From: a virus
Lineage: Duplodnaviria; Caudoviricetes
Virus record (IMG/VR): IMGVR_UViG_3300020045_008068
Coordinates: 1 to 32,999 of that record
Length of the DNA: 32,999 nt
Strand: one strand, 5' to 3'
Notes under the pieces: model-generated
What the model was told of the DNA's origin: nothing
Database searches by the model: none
Seen by the model: the letters and a program-made list of their open reading frames with translations, nothing else
Shown here: one piece after another, positions 8,492-16,458 of the stretch
How positions within the stretch are numbered: the first letter of the stretch is position 1
Layout: every line of letters begins with the position of its first letter
Made by a program: the position numbers and the translations under genes

Positions 8492-11400
8492 TGCGAACCT
8501 TTGATGCGACCCAGACCGCAATTATTGCCTCCGACGCTATCCCTGAAATTTCTTGGCTATTTGAAATCGATAAAGATGGCGATGGAGACATTGATTATTA
8601 CTGGTCAAATAAATCAAAAGTCTGGGATGGGAACACTTATGATTTTTACATCACCGATTTCTCCCCAATCCGGATGGAACGCAACCGTTCTGAATATGGA
8701 ATAAATGCGCCTCCTGCATTTAATTTTACTGTATCCAACCCATCCACAGCGTTATATCCATCTGATTTTTCAGGCGGAAATGTAACTGTTCGATTAATAA
8801 TGAAAGGCGATGGACCCGCATTAATAGTTGGAAATGATTCAACTTTTGCAGGCGCGAATAACTGGGAAAATGTAAATCTGTCTGCGTTCGATTCGACGGG
8901 TGATTTGACGATATCATCCAATGCGGCAAATCAATTATGTATTCTCCCGGATGTACACATTGGATTGGAGGCAGGGAGACGATATCGGATAGATTTTACC
9001 GGATCTGCGTTATCTGGGAACGGATTCAAGGCATACGTTGGAGGATCGAATCAATTCATAGGGCAAATCGCAACCGGACTAAATTCGTTTGATTTTACAT
9101 TACTTGCCGGATTTAACGGGATAATTATTGTTGCAGATGGATCTGGAAGCGTAACGATTGACAATATAACACTTATAGCTACCGACGCGGAATCAGAAAT
9201 GGTTTCTTGGAATTTCGATTTTGCGGGCGTGTCTCCAGTTGATCAGACATTAAAATTCGAGTGCCAATCGTGGATTCAGAAATATTTAGAAGGAGTGTAC
9301 CCCAACACCGAGACATTCGATTCCCTGTGGCCTTCGGATCAGAATGATTATAGCGGGTGCGTACCGTTGATTTTTGGGACTTGTTACATCCCCCTTCATT
9401 CCGCGTTTATATCCACAGATCGATTTTATATTCTTGGACCAGCGGGACCGACCTACACAATCACGAAATCCAGATCCCCCGTGGAAATCGATACTGTAAC
9501 TGAATGGGTGCCTGCATCATACACGTTTTCGCAATCCAATAAGGCTGGGAGCGATGGAGCAAATTACCGCGCGTTTCAATTAATTGGCACAACCGTAACC
9601 ACCGATCCGACTGGAAACGTACTATATAAACTATGGAATCGGATATTTGGGAGTCATCAGGGGGAGGATTTAATCACAACCCAATCCAATATCGGTGCAT
9701 CATATTTATCATTACCAACCAAATATTCCAGGGATGACACGGTTTCGTTGACCAATCCCGGTGACGTGATTCATTATATATTGGAGGATTTTGGAATTCC
9801 GTCTGCGTTGCTGGATGCGACTACTCTGGCCTCCGTGATTGCAACATTTACAGGATGGGGGTTGACGTGGAATACCGGGTTATATGAACAAAAAGATCGG
9901 AAAACTTTACTGGCTTCTCTGTGCAACCAATGCCATCTTGAATTAATTGTCAGAGATAAAGTATATTTTAAGGTCCATGTAATCGCTCCAGTTGATACCA
10001 TCACATCCTCAGACACTATCCCTGATTCGTTCAATTACAAGGCAACCAAGCCGGAAATCGCCAATTGTGGATACGCTTCGTTCCCTGATCCGTCAAACGA
10101 TGTACCTGTGTCAAAATTAACCCGGAAACTTGTACCGGCCAAGGCAGCGACTACCCAGAAATCCACAATCGAGGTTGATTGCTCGTTCGTATCATCCGGG
10201 ACCGTTCATGCTCAGAGGTTGGGATCGCTTGTATTACAACGGAAACTTCTCCCAATCGCGGATGTATCGTTTGTTGAGAAGGGGTACATGCTTGCGGTTG
10301 AACCAGATGATTTCATTACCGTATCCGATGCGAATTTCGGAGCAGGGGTTGGCAATACATATGTAATACTTATCGACTCGGTTTCGTATAACCCTGATTC
10401 CTCTATTTCATTTACCGGAACTAGATTCTCCGATGCATTGGAAGATTTTGCCGATACCGTACCCGCTGGCGTGACCGTGGCGACCGATACCTCCTCGAAC
10501 CCATATCAGGTCGTTCTGGCCGGTCCAATCGCTACAGGCACCCCTACAGGCGATAATCCGGGCATTTTTAGCGGGGTGGTGAGAGCGAGTGAGAATGTTG
10601 GGCTGTCTGGATTGATTTCTGGGGCTGTGGATTGGAGGATTTGGGCCGGGGATACCTTTGCAAATCGATCCATTGCGCCGTTCAGAGTTGATGATGATGG
10701 GAACGCATACATGACCAATGCGTATGTGGAGGGGATTGTTGCCGGATCATACATCTACGGGTCGAGTTTAATGACCAAGGGGACGTATTTAGCTTCGACC
10801 TGTGCCGCTGCCGATGCGACAATCAATGTGGGGGATACGACTGATTTCCCCGCGTCTGGATCAGCGTCATTCATCGACTCCGCAAATGACCGCGATTCAT
10901 TCACCTATACCGGAAAAACCGCTACCACATTGACCGGGTGTAGTGGAGTTCTGGCGCATACGGTGAGTGCGACAAATAAGCCGTTGGTTGTACCGGAAGT
11001 AAAGGGAATGTATATTTCCGATGCTTCAAACGAGATGAGATTTTGGGGAAACCGTGGCGATGGAACCATTGAGGAGCTAGCAAGTATCGGGATAAGGACT
11101 TCGGATAATACGATTATAGGAGTTGGGAGTCCTAATAGTTCAAAAATAGGAATGTTCGCAGAATCTTTATCAAATATTGCTATTTGGGGAATAAGCCATA
11201 TATCAACCGCTGTTACTGGTCAAAGTGTTCATGGGAAAGGAGTTTCCGGAACAAGTACGGATTCTTATGGAGTTTATGGAGCAAGTACAAATAGTTATGC
11301 AATTTATTCGGCAGGAACATCATATTTAGGTGGAGATACAACTGTTGTTGGTACGGCTCGTCATTCCACTGCTGCCAAACGCCGCTACTACCACATCCCC

Positions 11401-11895
11401 CTTGAGGCAGCAAATCCTGGAGGCTCCGGAGCGACATGGGTGGTAGCAGGCGCAAATACCACAGGGGGGTGGAGATTAACCAACGCGGCATGGCTATTGC
11501 GCGGCCAAGCAGACATCCACGCGGATTGGGATGGGGCCAGTGACATAAAAGTCGGGCTGAAATTCATGGTAAATCTTGATAACTCCGGAGGTGGTGCCGG
11601 GGATACCGTAGACATTCAATTAGTTGCCCGTTATAAAGGAATCGGGGATACAGTGGTTAAATCCCAAACTGTAGAAAATTCTGTGGTGGTGGGCGCATCC
11701 GCTCAATACAAGCAATTTGAAACCCTATTCACAATTGATTTCGACGCGGTAAGCAACGTGGTCGAGGTTGGGGATGCGATCTCAATCAACATCAATCTCG
11801 AAACCGACACATCCGAAGTCGATGATATTGTAATCACATCTATGGAACTTTATTACAATACAACCCATATCGGAATTGAATCCGGGGATGTGTAG
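8491..11895 (+). CDS. Tail hub/tip protein fused to a fibre or receptor-binding region
   Basis: 1134 aa, Thr/Ser/Gly-rich. Hub motif VPLIFG, linker APFRVDDDG, short GVxG repeats and a C-terminal beta-rich domain. Confidence 0.75.
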   Translation: MRTFDATQTAIIASDAIPEISWLFEIDKDGDGDIDYYWSNKSKVWDGNTYDFYITDFSPIRMERNRSEYGINAPPAFNFTVSNPSTALYPSDFSGGNVTVRLIMKGDGPALIVGNDSTFAGANNWENVNLSAFDSTGDLTISSNAANQLCILPDVHIGLEAGRRYRIDFTGSALSGNGFKAYVGGSNQFIGQIATGLNSFDFTLLAGFNGIIIVADGSGSVTIDNITLIATDAESEMVSWNFDFAGVSPVDQTLKFECQSWIQKYLEGVYPNTETFDSLWPSDQNDYSGCVPLIFGTCYIPLHSAFISTDRFYILGPAGPTYTITKSRSPVEIDTVTEWVPASYTFSQSNKAGSDGANYRAFQLIGTTVTTDPTGNVLYKLWNRIFGSHQGEDLITTQSNIGASYLSLPTKYSRDDTVSLTNPGDVIHYILEDFGIPSALLDATTLASVIATFTGWGLTWNTGLYEQKDRKTLLASLCNQCHLELIVRDKVYFKVHVIAPVDTITSSDTIPDSFNYKATKPEIANCGYASFPDPSNDVPVSKLTRKLVPAKAATTQKSTIEVDCSFVSSGTVHAQRLGSLVLQRKLLPIADVSFVEKGYMLAVEPDDFITVSDANFGAGVGNTYVILIDSVSYNPDSSISFTGTRFSDALEDFADTVPAGVTVATDTSSNPYQVVLAGPIATGTPTGDNPGIFSGVVRASENVGLSGLISGAVDWRIWAGDTFANRSIAPFRVDDDGNAYMTNAYVEGIVAGSYIYGSSLMTKGTYLASTCAAADATINVGDTTDFPASGSASFIDSANDRDSFTYTGKTATTLTGCSGVLAHTVSATNKPLVVPEVKGMYISDASNEMRFWGNRGDGTIEELASIGIRTSDNTIIGVGSPNSSKIGMFAESLSNIAIWGISHISTAVTGQSVHGKGVSGTSTDSYGVYGASTNSYAIYSAGTSYLGGDTTVVGTARHSTAAKRRYYHIPLEAANPGGSGATWVVAGANTTGGWRLTNAAWLLRGQADIHADWDGASDIKVGLKFMVNLDNSGGGAGDTVDIQLVARYKGIGDTVVKSQTVENSVVVGASAQYKQFETLFTIDFDAVSNVVEVGDAISININLETDTSEVDDIVITSMELYYNTTHIGIESGDV

Positions 11896-11915
11896 AAAAT
11901 TAATTAAAATAATGC

Positions 11916-11944
11916 TTGACAATATAATAAAACGGATTTATTGT
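11916..11944 (+). promoter_or_regulatory. Sigma70-like promoter P1
   Basis: TTGACA-17 bp-TATTGT in AT-rich intergenic DNA. Confidence 0.7.
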
Positions 11945-11999
11945 TCCATCCAACGGAGTAACCATAGACAATGAACTGACCATAGAAAAGGAGAACATC

Positions 12000-12122
12000 A
12001 TGCCCACCGACCCTTGGACAATTTTTGGAATCGGACTAATCTGCGGGATCGTTGTAACAATCTTGACTATCGGACTCGTACAAATTATCGCTGAACACAA
12101 CCACCATAACCGTAACATCTAA
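12000..12122 (+). CDS. Small single-pass membrane protein (40 aa)
   Basis: Translates as MPTDPWTIFGIGLICGIVVTILTIGLVQIIAEHNHHNRNI after an AAAGGAG RBS. Below the ORF-track size cutoff. Confidence 0.65.
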   Translation: MPTDPWTIFGIGLICGIVVTILTIGLVQIIAEHNHHNRNI

Positions 12123-12137
12123 ACGAAAGGATGCGTG

Positions 12138-12605
12138 ATGAATCGCGCTATCTTGGGAATTTGTTTGCTGGTGATGGTGGGGTGCGGGGGAGGGAATTAT
12201 AATCCTCCTACTGACGATAATCCGCCTCCTGTAGCTCAATCGCTTTCTGGGGAATACGAATTTATTCCATCCGGAAATGTGCAATACCTATCGACTGATG
12301 GGACGCATGGAGAATTTCCAACAACATCAACATGCTGGATGGAAGTGATTGTTTCCGGTAATGAAATCACAATCTATCGGATTGATTTTGGATCGGTTGA
12401 TGAGGATACAAAAACAGATGGAGTTTTTGATAGCAATCGGAATTCATTCACTGCATTAGCGAGAAAATCAGTTGGATCAACAACAATAAATTACAAAATT
12501 TCTGGATACTTTGACGATTCCGGGTGGTGGGGCAGATACATAATCTCATATCAAAATGTAACATATTGGATCGATTTTACCGGAACCAGAAAGGCCACAA
12601 ATTGA
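12138..12605 (+). CDS. Lipoprotein of unknown function
   Basis: Signal peptide MNRAILGICLLVMVG-C with a lipobox, then a Gly/Pro linker and a beta-rich body. Confidence 0.75.
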   Translation: MNRAILGICLLVMVGCGGGNYNPPTDDNPPPVAQSLSGEYEFIPSGNVQYLSTDGTHGEFPTTSTCWMEVIVSGNEITIYRIDFGSVDEDTKTDGVFDSNRNSFTALARKSVGSTTINYKISGYFDDSGWWGRYIISYQNVTYWIDFTGTRKATN

Positions 12606-13234
12606 GAAATTTAGATTTTACCGGAATGCGTTTTGGATCTGTTACAATATTAAATAGGTTCGATACCGACAAATGGGGAAGGCAACTATGGATGGTAAAA
12701 TGCGATTGCGGAAGGGAGAAGCCCGCTCTTGAAGTTGTTTTCAAGGATAAAAACTATAAAAGTTGTGGATGTTATGCAAGAAAAGCGGCAGGAGATAGAA
12801 AAAGAACACACGGGATGAGTAAGACTAAAACATTTCATGCGTGGCAGAACATGCTGGATAGATGCGAAAATAAAAACAGTGTTAGTTATCCTGGTTATGG
12901 AGAACGCGGAATTGCTGTCTGCGATGAATGGCATAATTTTATTAATTTTTATAACGACATGGGAGAAAAACCAAAAGGAAAATCTATCGAAAGGATTAAT
13001 AACGAAAAGGGATATTGCAAAGAAAATTGTAAATGGGCAACAGCAAAAGAGCAGATGAATAATACGAGATATAGTAAAATTCTTACATTGAATGGAATTT
13101 CATTAACGATTTCTCTGTGGAGCGAGAGATTGGGGATAAATAGATCAACCCTATACAATAGATCGCTTCGCAAATGGACGGATGAACGAACGCTAACATT
13201 GCCCGCAGGAAAAAGAAAAATGAAAGGAATGTAA
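12602..13234 (+). CDS. HNH-type homing endonuclease
   Basis: Motifs CDCG, SCGC, THGMS, YGERGIAVCDEW and SIERINNEKGYCKENCKWAT. AT-rich. TTG start at 12602 after AGAAAGG. Confidence 0.85.
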   Translation: MRNLDFTGMRFGSVTILNRFDTDKWGRQLWMVKCDCGREKPALEVVFKDKNYKSCGCYARKAAGDRKRTHGMSKTKTFHAWQNMLDRCENKNSVSYPGYGERGIAVCDEWHNFINFYNDMGEKPKGKSIERINNEKGYCKENCKWATAKEQMNNTRYSKILTLNGISLTISLWSERLGINRSTLYNRSLRKWTDERTLTLPAGKRKMKGM

Positions 13235-13238
13235 TAAG

Positions 13239-14369
13239 TTGCGCAACCTTCTTGACAGTAAAATTTGTGCCCACTTCCGGCCATCATTCGATAACCGCGA
13301 ATGCGACTTTTACTCCTTCGCGGAAGATGATCAAATGGAGCAAGTCTCCGGGGAATGTGGGTTTTGTAAACGGCCTGAAACGTATCGATGCATTGCTGAT
13401 ATCACCCGCGCGATTCCCCAATCTCATAGTAGCGTGGGAAATTTCTTGGCCTGTCATTATTATTATTATCTCACAAAAATTATTGGAATCGAAATCCGCC
13501 CACACCATTTATCCATTCCCCTCAAGGCCGGTAAATTGTGGGACTGCACAAAGCAATTCCATCTTGGTGCGACGGAGATCCGGGACCGCGACGTAATATT
13601 TAAATCTCCGTGGGATGTAATCAACCACTACCAAATCGATCCCAAAACAGTCGCCAAGGTTCGTGCGTTGTTTAAAGCCTACAAGGAACTCGAAATTACC
13701 GTTGAGCCGGGGTACGAACTTCAGGCCGAGGTGAACTTAAATTACTCCATCACCCTTCCACCCTCATCATTTATCCCATCCATCAACATCGGCAAGGAGG
13801 CAATTAACCTCTGGGATGCGAGAAATGAACAAGCGGGAGATAAGCGATTATGGACTTTTCCGTTAAAAGTGAATGGATTCTACGACCGGAAATATCAAAA
13901 ATACTTCACTGAGGATAAATTAAGCGGGAAGCCGGAATATTTATTGGACCCGTTCTATATCGACTCCCAGTGCTCAACTTATTTTATGGCCGATCCAAAT
14001 CTCGACTATTGCATCATGGAAGTAGTTCAATTCCCCCAGCAAAAAGACCTCAAAAAGAAAGAGGAATCCCCGGAGGAATTAATGCAGAGGGTTTATGATG
14101 ATGTGCTTTCCCGGCCATCAAAATACTTTATCGGATGGGATAATAAAAAACGCATGTACGGGGTGAAATTTTTCCGAGGGGAATTCAATCTCAAGGCCGC
14201 AGAGGAACGATTTCAGCAAGTAACGATAGAGATCCAGGCTTGCCGCTGGTCTGGGAAGTTTTACAAGAACTTTAGAACCTGTGGAAATATGTTCAATCAT
14301 CCTTGCGAGATGCGGACGATTTGCAAGAATGGTAATATTGCTGATGAGATGTATCAAATAAGAAAGTAG
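13239..14369 (+). CDS. PD-(D/E)XK nuclease, RecB/Cas4-like
   Basis: SHSS...AC, GFYD...EDK and a C-terminal Cys triad (CGNMFNHPCEMRTIC). Extra Cys-rich N-terminus. Confidence 0.7.
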   Translation: MRNLLDSKICAHFRPSFDNRECDFYSFAEDDQMEQVSGECGFCKRPETYRCIADITRAIPQSHSSVGNFLACHYYYYLTKIIGIEIRPHHLSIPLKAGKLWDCTKQFHLGATEIRDRDVIFKSPWDVINHYQIDPKTVAKVRALFKAYKELEITVEPGYELQAEVNLNYSITLPPSSFIPSINIGKEAINLWDARNEQAGDKRLWTFPLKVNGFYDRKYQKYFTEDKLSGKPEYLLDPFYIDSQCSTYFMADPNLDYCIMEVVQFPQQKDLKKKEESPEELMQRVYDDVLSRPSKYFIGWDNKKRMYGVKFFRGEFNLKAAEERFQQVTIEIQACRWSGKFYKNFRTCGNMFNHPCEMRTICKNGNIADEMYQIRK

Positions 14370-14374
14370 GAGGA

Positions 14375-15205
14375 ATGATGCAATTAATCAATCATAAAAA
14401 TTTGGAGGAGAGTCAGGGGAACTTGATGCTGGCCTACGCAATCGCAGGTGGTCACAAGACATGCACAATTATCCAGACCGCCGAAGATCCGATAGTGTAT
14501 TTGACCGCCGAAGGGAGGAAGGTTAAGACTTCCATTGTCGCAATCAATCGGCCAGCTCTCCGCATGAAAGTCGGCGTGTACGAAGGATTTGATGACTTGA
14601 TTGACACGATCTATACCCCGTCGAAATTTGAGGGCGGGAAAACAATATTTCTCGACTCTCTTACTCATCTCATGCTTGTTCATTTGTCCCAAGAAATTTT
14701 ATCCGAAAACTGGGCCAGCAAATCCGACAAGGAAAAGGATGAGATCGAAAAACAGCTCACTATGCAAGTCAAATTGTCCGAGGAATCCTATGGAACCTTG
14801 GCCCAACAGATGAATCGACTCATGCGTGGACTACAAGGGTTGACAATGGCCGGTTACGATGTGGTGTGTAGCGCGAGATTGTCTGATCGGCCCAAGTGGA
14901 ACCGATCTCTATCCGCTGCGCCTGCACTAATGGGGAAAGAGTTCAGCAAATCAATGGATGGGTTTTTTGACTTCATCGGCTATATCGAACCGTGGGAGGC
15001 TCCAATCCTTCCGGAAGGTGAGAAGCCACCCACAATCGGAGCGACTACCGCTGAAACCTGGAAGTATTTTGCACCATTGGTTTCATGGAACCCAAACGAG
15101 GATTATATGGCTAAATGGACAGGGGTGATGCCGCCAAAGGGGATTGTGAAGAGGAAGTTTCATGTGCAAAAGACGTTTCAGGAGGCCAATGGGATTTTTC
15201 GATAA
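14375..15205 (+). CDS. AAA_24/Sak4-like P-loop protein
   Basis: Walker B TIFLDSLT, YGTLA, FFDFIGY and a degenerate Walker A (AIAGGHKT). Lies between a nuclease and an SSB-like gene. Confidence 0.7.
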   Translation: MMQLINHKNLEESQGNLMLAYAIAGGHKTCTIIQTAEDPIVYLTAEGRKVKTSIVAINRPALRMKVGVYEGFDDLIDTIYTPSKFEGGKTIFLDSLTHLMLVHLSQEILSENWASKSDKEKDEIEKQLTMQVKLSEESYGTLAQQMNRLMRGLQGLTMAGYDVVCSARLSDRPKWNRSLSAAPALMGKEFSKSMDGFFDFIGYIEPWEAPILPEGEKPPTIGATTAETWKYFAPLVSWNPNEDYMAKWTGVMPPKGIVKRKFHVQKTFQEANGIFR

Positions 15206-15206
15206 T

Positions 15207-15341
15207 GGATGGGTGGCGGAAATGGTATACGGCAGTAGATTGGCGGAAGCACCCTAAAGTCGCCGTTGTGGTGGCGGAAAACCACCCATAAATAAAAACC
15301 GAATCTCTAGGGCACTGTAGGTTCGACTCCTACCCCATCCA
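15207..15341 (+). ncRNA. tRNA-like RNA (135 nt) with an expanded anticodon region
   Basis: Acceptor stem GGATGGG/CCCATCC+A, T arm GTAGG-TTCGACT-CCTAC and D-arm-like TGGCGGAAATGGTATACG. About 50-60 nt more than a normal tRNA and no assignable anticodon. Confidence 0.75.
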
Positions 15342-15406
15342 ACAGTTTTAATAATAGAAAGGGGGTGATTCAGTCTAGATCCAAAAATAATTACAAAGGA
15401 GGTAAC

Positions 15407-15700
15407 GTGAGTGAGGTAACAAGCCCGGTAACGGTTGTGGACGCGAACGTGGTGGCCTACTTGGTTTTGCGGGGATATGTTGCGATCCCGTTTATCAAAT
15501 CCAAGTCAAGCGAAGGCCAATCGGCGCGGGTTGCGTGGGATGTCCAGGGGAGTCCGGATGCCATTGATCGTGAGATGAAAAAGTATTACGCGAACGAGAA
15601 GGTTGGCATTATGGAGTACGTGCGGATTCTCAAGGATATCAGAGGGGAAATGTATCAGATAAAAAGTATCAGGGGCCAGTTACGAGATAGCAATCCATAA
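15407..15700 (+). CDS. Hypothetical protein (DUF5659-like)
   Basis: GTG start after AAGGAGG. DANVVAYLVLRGY motif. Confidence 0.55.
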   Translation: MSEVTSPVTVVDANVVAYLVLRGYVAIPFIKSKSSEGQSARVAWDVQGSPDAIDREMKKYYANEKVGIMEYVRILKDIRGEMYQIKSIRGQLRDSNP

Positions 15701-15730
15701 CCCAAAAACCAGAAAAGGAGGTACAGAGAT

Positions 15731-16306
15731 TTGAGATTACAAGCGCGTGAACGTGGGACAATCGAGAGCGGGTTCGAGAGGGTGCCGGAGGGATGGCATG
15801 TGTTCAAGATCGATGAGGGGATCGCGTACCTCATGAAGAAGAAGGAGGAGGGAAAAGACGAGCAGATCGCGGTAAACGGTCAGGGAGACAAGTTGTGGAA
15901 AATTACCCTCACCGTGGATGATGAGGACGACGCGGCAAACGGTCAACGGATGGATCAGATCGTTGCCGAGAACAAGCGCGGTGAGCAGATTGTGACCGAT
16001 TTCCTCGGTGCTACCGGCCTGTTTGCGGCGTTTGCGAAGAACTTCCCCGGAGATGTCAGCGTGTTCGATACCAAGGTCATGGACAAACTGAAAGGGAAGC
16101 TGCCGGGGAAGTTGATGCGCGGGAAGATCAAGCACAACGAGAACAAGAAGAATCCGGACCAGCCCTATGTCAACATGATCGGGTTCGGGAAGATGTCCGA
16201 TACAATTGAGCAGTTGGAGAAGGATCTGTTCCCGGCCAAGAAGGGGAGCGGATCGGTGAAGAAGGAAGCGGAGAAGAAGGAAGTTGAAGCGGATGAGGAG
16301 TTCTGA
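15731..16306 (+). CDS. Single-stranded DNA-binding protein-like (DUF669-type)
   Basis: N-terminal FERVPEGWH and acidic tail EVEADEEF. Follows the Sak4-like gene. Confidence 0.65.
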   Translation: MRLQARERGTIESGFERVPEGWHVFKIDEGIAYLMKKKEEGKDEQIAVNGQGDKLWKITLTVDDEDDAANGQRMDQIVAENKRGEQIVTDFLGATGLFAAFAKNFPGDVSVFDTKVMDKLKGKLPGKLMRGKIKHNENKKNPDQPYVNMIGFGKMSDTIEQLEKDLFPAKKGSGSVKKEAEKKEVEADEEF

Positions 16307-16338
16307 TAAGTAGTTAAAATTTCTGGATAATCCAGCGT

Positions 16339-16362
16339 TTCCCGGTATCGAATAACCGGGAA
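16339..16362. terminator. Hairpin after the SSB-like gene, possible terminator
   Basis: TTCCCGGT-8 nt-ACCGGGAA. The T-tract is weak on the + strand. Confidence 0.4.
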
Positions 16363-16384
16363 TTAAAAATATTATAAATAATGC

Positions 16385-16413
16385 TTGACATGATAATTAA
16401 TATAATATAATCT
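16385..16413 (+). promoter_or_regulatory. Sigma70-like promoter P2
   Basis: TTGACA-17 bp-TAATCT, with overlapping TATAAT copies. Confidence 0.75.
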
Positions 16414-16458
16414 ACCATCAAAAGTAACATCAAACTCAAACACAGAAAGGACTCAACT

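Noticed and set aside
8491-11895. Diversity-generating retroelement target
   Set aside because: No reverse transcriptase and no template-repeat copy were seen in the window.
11900-12605. Lysis cassette
   Set aside because: No endolysin motifs. The small membrane protein lacks the long periplasmic coiled coil of an i-spanin.
15207-15341. tmRNA, group I intron tRNA or a normal tRNA
   Set aside because: Too short for tmRNA or a group I intron. It has A3-U70 rather than G3-U70, no tag ORF and no 7-nt anticodon loop, so no amino acid was assigned.
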